DNA from: a virus
Direction: 5' to 3' (one strand)
DNA: 64,000 nucleotides
Virus record (IMG/VR): IMGVR_UViG_3300031687_000007
Span: 3,826 to 67,825 of that record
In this document: in pieces, positions 21,580-30,870 of the stretch
Position numbering within the stretch: position 1 is the stretch's first letter
Layout: each line of letters starts with the position of its first letter
Notes under the pieces: model-generated
Seen by the model: only the letters and a program-made list of their open reading frames with translations
The model's database searches: none
What the model was told of the DNA's origin: nothing
Program-made: the position numbers and the translations under genes

Positions 21580-22338
21580 TTACTTACCGAACAAGCTCTT
21601 CTTTGGCTCAGATGAAGCTTCAGCAGTTGCCATTGGTGAGGCACCTTGTGTGTCAGCAACTTCACCAGCTTTAGCAGCAGACTTATCACGAGTATTGCCA
21701 GTGTTCTTGTCAGACCACTTAGCATAGAACGCAGCATCTGTAGCTCCATCATTGATCTCGCTAACCGTTAACTGGTCAGAGGTACGGAATACCTTGTCGA
21801 TTTCGTTGGAAGTACGAGTAGCACCGTTAGACTTAGGTACGTAGCTGCCTTGAGCATTCTGCTCATTCTTGTTTTCGATGATCTTAAGAACACCAACAGT
21901 GATGTCTTGACCCAATAGGCTCATGATCACGTCTTTCTGCTGAGGAGTCTCTTTACGAGCTGTGAAGTCATACAACTTCAAAGTCTTAGTATCAATTTCC
22001 TGCTCAGACATCTCTTCGCCATTAGATAGCAAGCAGATAGCGTTAGCAGTGTTGAAACCTGGCAGGTACTTAGTAGAACCATCGCGCTTATCAATGTAAG
22101 TGTTCTTACAGCCTTTGGCAGTGCCAGAAGTCATGTAGATGGTTTGACGTAAGTTCTCACCACCAGCGCCTTTAAGCACTAGGTTCAAGCTGATAGCTCC
22201 ACCCTTTGACGTATCAAAGTATGCAGTATCAATAGTCATGTCGTATACGCCAGACTCAAGTAAGTAGCTTCCGCCACCGATAACGTCTTTCTCTACCTTA
22301 ATTGCTGCAGATGATTGTAAATTCTTTAAAAAACTCAT
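21580..22338 (-). CDS. Single-stranded DNA-binding protein (N4 gp45-like; late transcription activator in N4)
   Basis: Start MSFLKNL at 22338. LESGVY, YLPGF and NEIDKVF motifs and KKSLFGK tail. Confidence 0.85.
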   Translation of the reverse strand: MSFLKNLQSSAAIKVEKDVIGGGSYLLESGVYDMTIDTAYFDTSKGGAISLNLVLKGAGGENLRQTIYMTSGTAKGCKNTYIDKRDGSTKYLPGFNTANAICLLSNGEEMSEQEIDTKTLKLYDFTARKETPQQKDVIMSLLGQDITVGVLKIIENKNEQNAQGSYVPKSNGATRTSNEIDKVFRTSDQLTVSEINDGATDAAFYAKWSDKNTGNTRDKSAAKAGEVADTQGASPMATAEASSEPKKSLFGK

Positions 22339-22354
22339 AGTAGTAATACCTTTA

Positions 22355-23077
22355 TTAAATATAATATTCGTGTAGTCGGTTAATAACCAACTGTACATCG
22401 TTGTCTGTGAATGATTCGTTCTTAGTCCACATACTTAGTGGAGCTCGCATACGCTCATTAACAGTATCTTTAGTGATACGTGTTTGGAACACATACTTAA
22501 AACCTAGCTCTTCTTCATCTTCAGTGATGTCCAAGAGTTCGCTTTCGTATGGCTTAAGGTGCTTCAAGTTAACCTTCTTCGTACTAACAACAGTAGAGAA
22601 GTAGGACTCAATGCCTTGGTTCATAAGTGAACCCTTTACCTTAACTAAGGTCTCTAGAGCCATCTCTGCATCATTCATGATGTCAGTGGTATGGGCAATA
22701 AAGATAACGTTCTTAGTTGATTCGGCTACATACTTGCTCATTAACTTCTTGAAGAATTGAGCATAATCGCCCCATGCCTTCATAGTGTTAGATGAGGTAA
22801 GCACATAGTACGATTCGTACATATCCATCATGTAGGTCAAACTATCTACAATGATTGTATGTACATCATCCATAGCTTCAGCTTCAACGAATGCTTCATA
22901 GACCTGTAATGGGTCAGTGATGCCAAATTCTTTAAACTTACTACGGAATGGGAGTTTCTTGTTGTTCTCACAATTAAGATAGATAACTCCTTCAGGATCT
23001 TTAATGCTCATCAGACTAGCTGATTTACCTGTAGCACTCTTTCCTGAGATGAGTACAAGGTTGTCGTTCATTTGCAT
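22355..23077 (-). CDS. AAA/Sak4-like ATPase (N4 gp44-like)
   Basis: Walker A GKSATGKS, IIVDSLT Walker B, and GIESYFSTVV. Confidence 0.85.
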   Translation of the reverse strand: MQMNDNLVLISGKSATGKSASLMSIKDPEGVIYLNCENNKKLPFRSKFKEFGITDPLQVYEAFVEAEAMDDVHTIIVDSLTYMMDMYESYYVLTSSNTMKAWGDYAQFFKKLMSKYVAESTKNVIFIAHTTDIMNDAEMALETLVKVKGSLMNQGIESYFSTVVSTKKVNLKHLKPYESELLDITEDEEELGFKYVFQTRITKDTVNERMRAPLSMWTKNESFTDNDVQLVINRLHEYYI

Positions 23078-23089
23078 AGATTCCACCTA

Positions 23090-23410
23090 TTAATGGGTTA
23101 CTTCGGATCGGGAACTACCATATGTGACGTAACCTTTCACACCAAATTTGGCAAGGTTACCTTCCATCTGTAATGCATGGTCTACATATGATGAGCGTAC
23201 GAATGCATAACCATCCTTACCAATCTCATCTAGTGCTCCCTGTATGCTGATTAGAGAGTGATCCTTAGTTACATCCCACTCTACATCGTCAAATACAAAG
23301 AACGTGTGACCGTCCTGTACATCAACTCTATGGGATAGTTCAAAGATTGCTTCAGCGATAATGTCCTTATTGACACTATCTACTGCAATTAATACATCGC
23401 CTCTAGGCAT
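23090..23410 (-). CDS. Hypothetical protein
   Basis: 106-aa ORF tiling the operon. Confidence 0.65.
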   Translation of the reverse strand: MPRGDVLIAVDSVNKDIIAEAIFELSHRVDVQDGHTFFVFDDVEWDVTKDHSLISIQGALDEIGKDGYAFVRSSYVDHALQMEGNLAKFGVKGYVTYGSSRSEVTH

Positions 23411-23412
23411 AG

Positions 23413-25563
23413 CTACTCCGAATCTCGTTTAGTGACAGCAGAAATTGCTGTGGTTAGTACAGTCCTCTCAAGTTCTTCTTGAGGTAATGGATTCTTAAGC
23501 TTGGTGTTAAACGCAGTTACTGCATTGCGAATAGCCTCAATCTTATAACCCCCATCAACTAGAATGTACGTGTACTTGATCAATGTATTGGATCGACTGC
23601 CTACGCCTGCACTCAAGAGCAACCAACGCTCTAAGTTAGACATAGAAGAATGATCCATGATCTTTTGGTGTTGCTCTGCTTGCTTATTTGTATCAGGGAT
23701 AAACATCAAGGCATCTAGTGTCATACCTTCTTGATAAGAATAGTCTCCAGGAAAAGACTCCCACTTACGTGCGATATCTTTTGTGGATCTATCTGTCTCG
23801 AACGGTAACCACTCAAATAGGTTTGTCATAAACTTAGCGTATAAAGCAGTATCCAGTCTCACAGTATGCGATAAAGGCATAATGATTCTAAACCGGTTAT
23901 CTGCTTCTGTATGACGCTTAGTAGTGGCAAAGAACGCTTGGTAATCCTTCAACAACATCTTCGCTTGCTTCAGAGAAGTGCCTTCATCTACGTCTAGAAT
24001 AACTAGGTTAAAGCCTTGTATGGCTTTATCTGATGAGCGGTACTTATCATTGAAGTGATGAGCTGTGTAATGGAAACCGGGCATACTTACCAAGTTATGG
24101 AGTTGATCCCATGGAGCGAAGTCTGGCTCAAAATCAGTAACAATATTATCTGAGTAAGATATCCGCAGGTTATTCATGTCCGTTACGTCCATGGTTTCAC
24201 CCTTAAAGAACTCAATACTGTCTGAATGGGAAGTACGAATAATAATATTATTCCTATATCCCCAAGCAATAGCTTGAGTCATCATATCCTTCCGGTGGGC
24301 TGCTCCTCCTCTAAAGAACGGCAGATCCTCCATTAAGTCTACATGGGTCACTTCCTTTCGTGCATCAGCCAAGTACAATGCAATACGCTCGTGTGTGCGA
24401 GGTCTGTTAAGCATACGCTTAAAAGCGTCACCAGAGTCCTCCACCAACTTAAACGCACTGTACAAGTGAGCTGAAGTAATCACAGCACTACTATCAATGA
24501 ATGCATAGGCGCCTGCGATCTTAAGAGCCTTAAAGTAACGATGGCTCATTTCCGCCTTCAACATGTCCTCAAATTCACGCATATCACGTGCTCTGGCTTC
24601 ACATAGCTGACGGTACTGCAGTAGTAGGATAGATTCTGCCTTGAGCAAGGGGATTTCTTTCTCAAAGTTAATGGAGTCTGCCAACTTATGAAGACCAATA
24701 GCTAAATCGTCTAACGTTTGATCAGATGAGTGATCAGTTAGGCGATCGAACAGCTCTTCGGGTGTTACAGACGTGTCTGTTATGACCGCTGTGGAGTATC
24801 CAAAGATACACCTACGACCAAACCCAGTCTCTAACATCGACAGGTACTCTTCCTCTGTCTTACCACCGTTTAGTAACTTACTAGGTGTACCGTATAGCAT
24901 CATGTTAGTGGGAGTTTTACCATCAATCTCCTCACTACGTAGATTCTCTGCAGTGTTCTTAATAAGCTTCGGCTTGATCTTACCCACATCGTACAGCTCC
25001 AAGAACGTAGTCAATACGTCAGTGTTCTGTACAAGGTTGGATCCAATCTCATCAATCTCTAAGTTAATAGAGCCTGCGCCTGACATAAGTAACTTATGCC
25101 TCATTTGCTTGATAGCAGGTGATGTACCTGAATCAAAGCTAAATAATAGTGGGCCCAACATCTCGAACTCTTTATGAAGCTTCTCTTCCATCTCATCTAA
25201 AGGAACATTATTCCTAGTAGATCTCTTGATAGCTTCATTGTGAATACTCTCAGCTGCAATAGCTGGGTAAGTATCCGACAAGAACCGTTCCTTGAATAGA
25301 TGGATCACCTTCTCTTCAATTATGTTGGTACTTAGGCCTTTACCTGATCCAGATACACTGAGATTAACAGCGTATGTGTTCACAGGAATGGTACCCTGGT
25401 GTAAGGTTTTGATATTCACTCGCATCATCGACGCTACTTTTGAGAAGTAGTACGCTGTCAGAATACGAAAGAATAACGGGTTACTGTTTTGGGTCTTCTG
25501 CACCAGAGTCTTAACTAGCTTCTCTTGGGGTACAAAATACTCCATATCTTCAAATGCTTTCAT
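23413..25563 (-). CDS. Primase with P-loop helicase-like domain (N4 gp43-like)
   Basis: SVSGSGKG P-loop and IDEIG; C-terminal AEP motifs LDVD, TTKRH, RFRII; PriCT-like GSRSN tail. Confidence 0.85.
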   Translation of the reverse strand: MKAFEDMEYFVPQEKLVKTLVQKTQNSNPLFFRILTAYYFSKVASMMRVNIKTLHQGTIPVNTYAVNLSVSGSGKGLSTNIIEEKVIHLFKERFLSDTYPAIAAESIHNEAIKRSTRNNVPLDEMEEKLHKEFEMLGPLLFSFDSGTSPAIKQMRHKLLMSGAGSINLEIDEIGSNLVQNTDVLTTFLELYDVGKIKPKLIKNTAENLRSEEIDGKTPTNMMLYGTPSKLLNGGKTEEEYLSMLETGFGRRCIFGYSTAVITDTSVTPEELFDRLTDHSSDQTLDDLAIGLHKLADSINFEKEIPLLKAESILLLQYRQLCEARARDMREFEDMLKAEMSHRYFKALKIAGAYAFIDSSAVITSAHLYSAFKLVEDSGDAFKRMLNRPRTHERIALYLADARKEVTHVDLMEDLPFFRGGAAHRKDMMTQAIAWGYRNNIIIRTSHSDSIEFFKGETMDVTDMNNLRISYSDNIVTDFEPDFAPWDQLHNLVSMPGFHYTAHHFNDKYRSSDKAIQGFNLVILDVDEGTSLKQAKMLLKDYQAFFATTKRHTEADNRFRIIMPLSHTVRLDTALYAKFMTNLFEWLPFETDRSTKDIARKWESFPGDYSYQEGMTLDALMFIPDTNKQAEQHQKIMDHSSMSNLERWLLLSAGVGSRSNTLIKYTYILVDGGYKIEAIRNAVTAFNTKLKNPLPQEELERTVLTTAISAVTKRDSE

Positions 25564-25575
25564 AGAGTTCCTTTA

Positions 25576-25737
25576 CTAAATTATATTTGCCATAGCCATA
25601 GCCCGCTCCACTAATATATAAATAGACCATGGTGGCATTACAATGGCTAATAGTGTCCACCAAAACCCTTTGGATAACACTATACCTGCTAGCCACAATA
25701 TTAATAGGACTAGTCCAGTCGTATTGTTTATACTCAT
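25576..25737 (-). CDS. Small membrane protein (53 aa, not in the ORF track)
   Basis: ATGA overlap with the exonuclease stop. Sequence MSINNTTGLVLLILWLAGIVLSKGFWWTLLAIVMPPWSIYILVERAMAMANII. Confidence 0.7.
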   Translation of the reverse strand: MSINNTTGLVLLILWLAGIVLSKGFWWTLLAIVMPPWSIYILVERAMAMANII

Positions 25738-26708
25738 ACTGATAGCCTCCCTGAGGCAACATACCCTTGGGCCTGTTCACAGATGCCAACAGCAGGGCAG
25801 TACGCACAGAATTTGACTTCTCCACTTACTTCAACAACGATACCAACTGAACCATCTTGACTTAACTTAATGTAAGCATCAGATGAGTTATCGAAGTTCT
25901 TTGTAGACCTTGCTCTCTTAGCAGGATCTTTATAGTACTTGTACACAGTAGGACGTTCCCATAGCTCTTCAGGAGTACATGCAGGCATACCTGATTGCTC
26001 AGAGTGCTCATACTTGTCCAATAGAGAGATACGATTAGAAACAAATGCTTCTGTGTCCTGCTCTGACTTTAGAATGTACTTCTGAGGCAATATACGGCTA
26101 CTGGGGTAGCTCTTGTCCATACGTGCCTTAGCACTACTCCAATCCGTAAAGATGTAGTCAATGATCATATAAGGCTCTGTAATGATCTCTGGGAAGAGCC
26201 ACTTATAAATACTTCCTTGCTGGATGTACTTATCCTTATTAGATTGATTGATATACCCATACGTACCGGTAGTCTTGAAGTCTTCTAAAACACCTTCAGA
26301 TACAAAGTCGAACTTACCTGAAACGGTGTACTTACCTACCTTCTTGGATCCACGTATCTCCATATAAACAGGGATACATCCATCGAATAGCTCATCCTTA
26401 GTTGGATTAATGCGAACATTATCAATCATTCGAGGGGTGAATCGTAGGGATGCTAGTGCTGCAGGTAGCTTCTTACTGAGCCATGCGTTTTCAATAGCTG
26501 TATGAACAGCAGTACCCATCCTACTAGGGATAAGGTCAGCAATGTCAGTGGAAGAAGCGCTCTGTATTCTACTACCTAATACAAGGCTCTTAATGGGCTT
26601 TAATAAACTGGTAGCACTTACAGTGTATGGATCAGAATTGTGATCGTAATCATCATTACTTAACCATACCGCTATAGACAACGGTAAGTTGGTATTGTTT
26701 GTGAACAT
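25734..26708 (-). CDS. PD-(D/E)XK / Cas4-like exonuclease (N4 gp42-like)
   Basis: Start MFTNNTNLP. Motifs SATSLLKP, GTAVH, SGKFD, EDFKTT and C-terminal CAYC...C. Confidence 0.85.
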   Translation of the reverse strand: MFTNNTNLPLSIAVWLSNDDYDHNSDPYTVSATSLLKPIKSLVLGSRIQSASSTDIADLIPSRMGTAVHTAIENAWLSKKLPAALASLRFTPRMIDNVRINPTKDELFDGCIPVYMEIRGSKKVGKYTVSGKFDFVSEGVLEDFKTTGTYGYINQSNKDKYIQQGSIYKWLFPEIITEPYMIIDYIFTDWSSAKARMDKSYPSSRILPQKYILKSEQDTEAFVSNRISLLDKYEHSEQSGMPACTPEELWERPTVYKYYKDPAKRARSTKNFDNSSDAYIKLSQDGSVGIVVEVSGEVKFCAYCPAVGICEQAQGYVASGRLSV

Positions 26709-26719
26709 AGTTTTCTCTT

Positions 26720-26742
26720 CATAGAAATGTGCGGAGCACATT
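26720..26742 (-). promoter_or_regulatory. vRNAP-type hairpin promoter candidate (template = + strand)
   Basis: AATGTGC-GGA-GCACATT; same C-GGA-G triloop as the N4 P2 promoter. The +1 base fits less well than at the other three sites. Confidence 0.65.
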
Positions 26743-26764
26743 GATCGTTATTTAATAGATTAGT

Positions 26765-26907
26765 TAAGGTACCCCCTCTGTCACCAGCTGCGGGGGCCAC
26801 AGCTCTATGGGGAAAAACACTAACCCTGGCTTATTGATTTTTTAACCCTAAGCGCTAGGCCCAGTAGGTACGCTCATCAACGAGAGCGCAACTACTGTAT
26901 CACCTTT
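26765..26907 (-). ncRNA. Candidate structured RNA or 3' UTR element downstream of the DNA polymerase
   Basis: GC-rich intergenic stretch with several hairpins containing G-U pairs on the - strand. Confidence 0.35.
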
Positions 26908-28021
26908 ATAGTGCTGCATCTATGATTTCCTGAGCTGTAGCATTATTAGGTATTGTAATTTTACTACCCATACTTGGATAATAGATTTCTAAGTTTGCAC
27001 CTAGCTTAACAATGTCATGCTTAAGTTCCGGTAACTCCTGCCAAGACATGCTATCTACTAGGTTTGTGTTTAACCAAGCTATTAGATCTGGATCAGTTTT
27101 TACCATGTAATACTGTGCATCATGTATATGTGCAATAGGTAAAATACTATATCTATAAGCAGAGGTATGAACCTTGCCCATAAATTCATTAGCTGCACGG
27201 TTATTAAGTAGTCCGTATGACTGACCTAATGCGTTGCCGGCAGTACGTCCTTCAGCCTGTGCTTCAAAGGGCGTATGACGTGTGTTTAAGATCGTTTGAG
27301 CTAGAACAGGTGTTCTTAGGCGTAGACCGAATGCACCTGTTACATAGCCATTCTTAGTAGCCTCTATGAGCTTAACTTGTACCCATTCATCGGATACCTT
27401 GTACAGCTCGTGATAGTTATCAACAATCTCACGTGCTTCCTCTTTAGAGAAACCTAGTGTGTTGACTAAGGTATGCTCAGTTCCCTGATAGGTAAGAGCA
27501 AACGTAGGGCCTTTGGATCGTTGCCTAAGTGCCTCATACATCGTTTCAATACTATTGATCGAGGCAACTGTGTCCACGATATCAGGCATCTGCTTACCAA
27601 AGTATGCGAATGCTCTTAAACAGTGACCGTCATAGCCATCTGCATATACTTTAATCTTGTTTGGATCTTTAGTTGTAAGAGCTGAAATCTTGTCTTCAAG
27701 ACTAGAGAAGTCAGCACCCACTATGACCCACCCAGGAGGAGCCTGAAAGCATCCTTTAATTGCCTTAGCAAACTTACTCCCAGTAGATGGAAGCTGTTGT
27801 AGGTTGATCTTAGAGGAGCTCAGGCGTCCTGATTTGGTACCACCCAAATGAAAGTTACCATGAAGGAACCATTTACCCATCTTGGGTATGGTCTTGAATA
27901 AGAAAGCAGGGACGAATGCAGTTAGTAACTTACTAACCTCATTTATCTCCATCAGATACTTAAGGACTCTTGCTACCTTGATAGCATCATCCCTATTCTT
28001 AATCTTAGATATTCCACTCAT
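26906..28021 (-). CDS. DNA polymerase family A, C-terminal polymerase part
   Basis: GTKSGRLSSSKINLQQLP; motif A ADFSSLE; motif B RQRSKGPTFALTY; motif C IHDA. Confidence 0.92.
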   Translation of the reverse strand: MSGISKIKNRDDAIKVARVLKYLMEINEVSKLLTAFVPAFLFKTIPKMGKWFLHGNFHLGGTKSGRLSSSKINLQQLPSTGSKFAKAIKGCFQAPPGWVIVGADFSSLEDKISALTTKDPNKIKVYADGYDGHCLRAFAYFGKQMPDIVDTVASINSIETMYEALRQRSKGPTFALTYQGTEHTLVNTLGFSKEEAREIVDNYHELYKVSDEWVQVKLIEATKNGYVTGAFGLRLRTPVLAQTILNTRHTPFEAQAEGRTAGNALGQSYGLLNNRAANEFMGKVHTSAYRYSILPIAHIHDAQYYMVKTDPDLIAWLNTNLVDSMSWQELPELKHDIVKLGANLEIYYPSMGSKITIPNNATAQEIIDAAL

Positions 28022-28379
28022 AGTTCAAAGTTTCCTGTGCATCTTTGATGTAGTTAGATAGAGCTATCTCTGGGAAGTCTTCTAATGAAATGCTAGTACG
28101 TAGTACAATGTTAGATGTGAGATGGTCTACTAAATGACCTGGGGTATACGTCATACCCTTCATCTCTACTTTAAGCTGATCCAGAAGTAGCACTGTATGC
28201 ATCCTGTTAAATGGAGCAGACTCTGACTCATCAAGTACTAAATTAATATCACCAGTAATTGTGTTGCTCTTAAGATTATAGTTATCAAGTGACCAACTGA
28301 TACTCTGCGCCCCAGTAGAGAGCTTCGATAGACCTAACCTAAACTGCTCCCCTAGGTCGCTTAACTTGAATTTATCCAT
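28005..28379 (-). CDS. Hypothetical protein inserted in the split DNA polymerase locus
   Basis: 124 aa, AAAGGAG RBS, overlaps both neighbours. Confidence 0.65.
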   Translation of the reverse strand: MDKFKLSDLGEQFRLGLSKLSTGAQSISWSLDNYNLKSNTITGDINLVLDESESAPFNRMHTVLLLDQLKVEMKGMTYTPGHLVDHLTSNIVLRTSISLEDFPEIALSNYIKDAQETLNYEWNI

Positions 28380-28774
28380 AATATACTCCTTTTAGGGAAC
28401 TTTGGGTTACGCCATGAATGTATTAACACTGGTGGTTTCCCAGTGAGTAGTTGCCTTAGTTGAATATCAGGGTAGTTTTTTATCTCTACCTTTAATGGTA
28501 GATCTACGGTGTACTTAGTACTGTGTGCTCGGCGCCATCTATCAATACTGATGATATCCATCTTACTTAATACAATGCCCATAGCCTTCTCAAACTTGGG
28601 CCTATCGTGCCCATCAGTTAACTTGATCCTAAGTTCACCATACATAATGGTTGGTATCCTAGAATACCTAACACATAGATTTATATGGATCACCTTAATA
28701 TGGTCACGGAGTATCGGAGTACGTTTAACCACATCAACGATTCGGTCGAATAGTAATTCTTTAGCAGTGCTCAC
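28361..28774 (-). CDS. Hypothetical protein inserted in the split DNA polymerase locus
   Basis: 137 aa, GTGA-coupled to the DNAP N-part stop, GAGGAG RBS. Confidence 0.65.
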   Translation of the reverse strand: MSTAKELLFDRIVDVVKRTPILRDHIKVIHINLCVRYSRIPTIMYGELRIKLTDGHDRPKFEKAMGIVLSKMDIISIDRWRRAHSTKYTVDLPLKVEIKNYPDIQLRQLLTGKPPVLIHSWRNPKFPKRSILWINSS

Positions 28775-30267
28775 AACTCCTCCTCATCAATGTCATATTG
28801 ATTAAGTAACAACTTATACAGCTTCTTAATGGTTTTCTTCCCAGTAGCTGGTTGCCCTGTGTCTGTAGTATCTAACACTGGAAGCCCTAGGAAGCCATAT
28901 AAGAGACTGCTAAGCTGAAGAGGACTATTGGTATTCAATGACTGAACAAACTCGTCCAGAGGCTTAAACTTCTTCTTTAGAAGGGTATTCTTAAGAATGA
29001 ATGCCTTCTTCTGCTCAAGCCACAGGTAGTCTTTAACTAACTCTGTTCTGTGAAGGTTCCTAGTACTAGTAGACATAATCTTTTTGAGATCTTCCTCCAC
29101 TACTTCAATGGAAGGCATATCCATAGGCATACCTGTAAGTTCCATCTGAGTGATGTTCTTAAGGGATGGTATGAATATGTTACGGTAGATCTCTAACTGA
29201 TCGTCCTCACACATCTTGTCGTAATACTTATTGAATACATACCAAGTACTAAGGCAATCAACCAAGTTGTAGTTCATAAGATCTACATTTTGGATCAAGT
29301 TAATATCATGGATATCTTCCTGAGCATAGTTGCCTGCATACTCAAACGCATTATGTTTAAGTGATAGTTTATTCTCAGCTGTGTTATTAGTAGCTAGGTA
29401 TGTGATGATCTTAGTGTCATCTATGTCCCTGAACATAACGTCCAGTGCATCTACCATAGCAACGAAGTCAGTACTCACCTCCCTCATAAACACGTCGTAT
29501 ATAATACAACGAATATCAAATGAGGCATTGTGGTACTTAAGGTTACCTTTGTACTGGGTGAAGAAAGCGTAAAGTAGATCAACTAGTTTCCACTTATCCT
29601 CATCTGTACGTGTAATCATATGAGATACGTTTATAGTAACGCCTTCATGCTGATTCCATGCAAATGCAATAGTACCAATACGAGACTCACCAATAGATAG
29701 GCCAAAGGTCTCTACGTCACAAGTGAGTGAGGGATACTGGTGTAAAGATTCCAGCTGGAATTTAATATCAGCTAGATCATCCACATAAGTAGATGAGTGA
29801 ATTATACCTTGACCAATTATCTGGTAGTTACCACCTAGGTCAGCTGATATAGCTTCAAGACTTATATCTATCTTCTCTTGTAGAGCTGGGTTATAGAATA
29901 GCCCTTGATAGTTAGCAGTAAGGAATACATTCATGTGCTCAAATCCTTTAACCATACAGGGCATTTTATAGCTGTAGTGTGGCTCAGACTTAGATTGTTT
30001 AGTTGCTGCTTTGAAGTATGTAGAGTCGGCTATTATTACAGTAATAATGCCCTCTGCATCCAGATCAGCTAAAAGTGCAGGTAGTACTTCCTTAATCATC
30101 TTAGCAGGCGCCTTACCAGCAGAGTTGAACTCTAATGGCATTACTTTTAAACATGCTTGTAGGGGCTCTGCATAGTGCTTCATTACACCATCGTATTTAT
30201 AGGCAGATTCTTTGATCAACAGGGCAGCATCCGGGAACTTGTCCGGATCAGTGTAAAAGTGTTTCAT
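28771..30267 (-). CDS. DNA polymerase family A, N-terminal part (3'-5' exonuclease and start of thumb)
   Basis: ExoI CDVETFG, ExoII HNASFD, ExoIII YNLVD, QMELTGMP and TDTGQPATG. Confidence 0.9.
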   Translation of the reverse strand: MKHFYTDPDKFPDAALLIKESAYKYDGVMKHYAEPLQACLKVMPLEFNSAGKAPAKMIKEVLPALLADLDAEGIITVIIADSTYFKAATKQSKSEPHYSYKMPCMVKGFEHMNVFLTANYQGLFYNPALQEKIDISLEAISADLGGNYQIIGQGIIHSSTYVDDLADIKFQLESLHQYPSLTCDVETFGLSIGESRIGTIAFAWNQHEGVTINVSHMITRTDEDKWKLVDLLYAFFTQYKGNLKYHNASFDIRCIIYDVFMREVSTDFVAMVDALDVMFRDIDDTKIITYLATNNTAENKLSLKHNAFEYAGNYAQEDIHDINLIQNVDLMNYNLVDCLSTWYVFNKYYDKMCEDDQLEIYRNIFIPSLKNITQMELTGMPMDMPSIEVVEEDLKKIMSTSTRNLHRTELVKDYLWLEQKKAFILKNTLLKKKFKPLDEFVQSLNTNSPLQLSSLLYGFLGLPVLDTTDTGQPATGKKTIKKLYKLLLNQYDIDEEEL

Positions 30268-30357
30268 AGGTACCTCAGGAATTAGGTAGTCCGTTTTTAA
30301 CCACAGGAGGACTAGGCCTGGAGGAACACCCTATGGAGTAGGCTGGTTTGTGTATGA

Positions 30358-30528
30358 TTAGTGGTCTATTAGATCCTTTGGATCAATACCCATCTCTCTT
30401 GCCATGTTACGCAGCTCTACTTGTGTACGTGCGTGGTGGCGTTTATCTTCATTCTCTTGTTGAATTTCAACAGAGCGCTTACAAATTGCTTGGTACTCTT
30501 CTAGGCTTTGTAGCGGTGGGAGTGTCAT
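30358..30528 (-). CDS. Small hypothetical protein (56 aa, not in the ORF track)
   Basis: MTLPPLQSLEEYQAIC...MAREMGIDPKDLIDH, co-oriented with its neighbours. Confidence 0.5.
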   Translation of the reverse strand: MTLPPLQSLEEYQAICKRSVEIQQENEDKRHHARTQVELRNMAREMGIDPKDLIDH

Positions 30529-30870
30529 TGGAAACCATCTTGTAAAAGACTTTCACATTATCTTCACCAAGAATGTCTAAGACATCTTTTAGTGAGTAAT
30601 ACTTAGTCAGGTGAGACATCAGTTCCTGAATCTTCACTGCAGTATCGTGATCCAATCCAGTGCTTTCGTTATTATTGATAATACTACTCCTACTATAAAG
30701 GATACAACTGATTCTATAGCTAGATCGTCTTCATTTATGCTCATGATGTACCCCTTAAATTTAAGGCACATATTATATATCAGAATAGGGTGGTAGTGGT
30801 TAACTCTTCATAACCAAATGCCTAGCAGGGAAGCATCAAGACACTCATTTACTACCATAAAATTGTTAGG

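Noticed and set aside
25550-25825. Track ORF of 91 aa
   Set aside because: Overlaps the exonuclease by about 90 nt; the ATGA-coupled frame 25576-25737 is more plausible.
28005-28774. Group I intron, intein or homing endonuclease interrupting DNAP
   Set aside because: The insert is fully coding, with no room for an intron core and no nuclease or intein motifs; the C-part has its own start.
30285-30352. c-di-GMP-I or preQ1-I riboswitch call
   Set aside because: Only superficial resemblance; the GAAA tetraloop and other consensus positions are missing, so it is kept as an unassigned motif.
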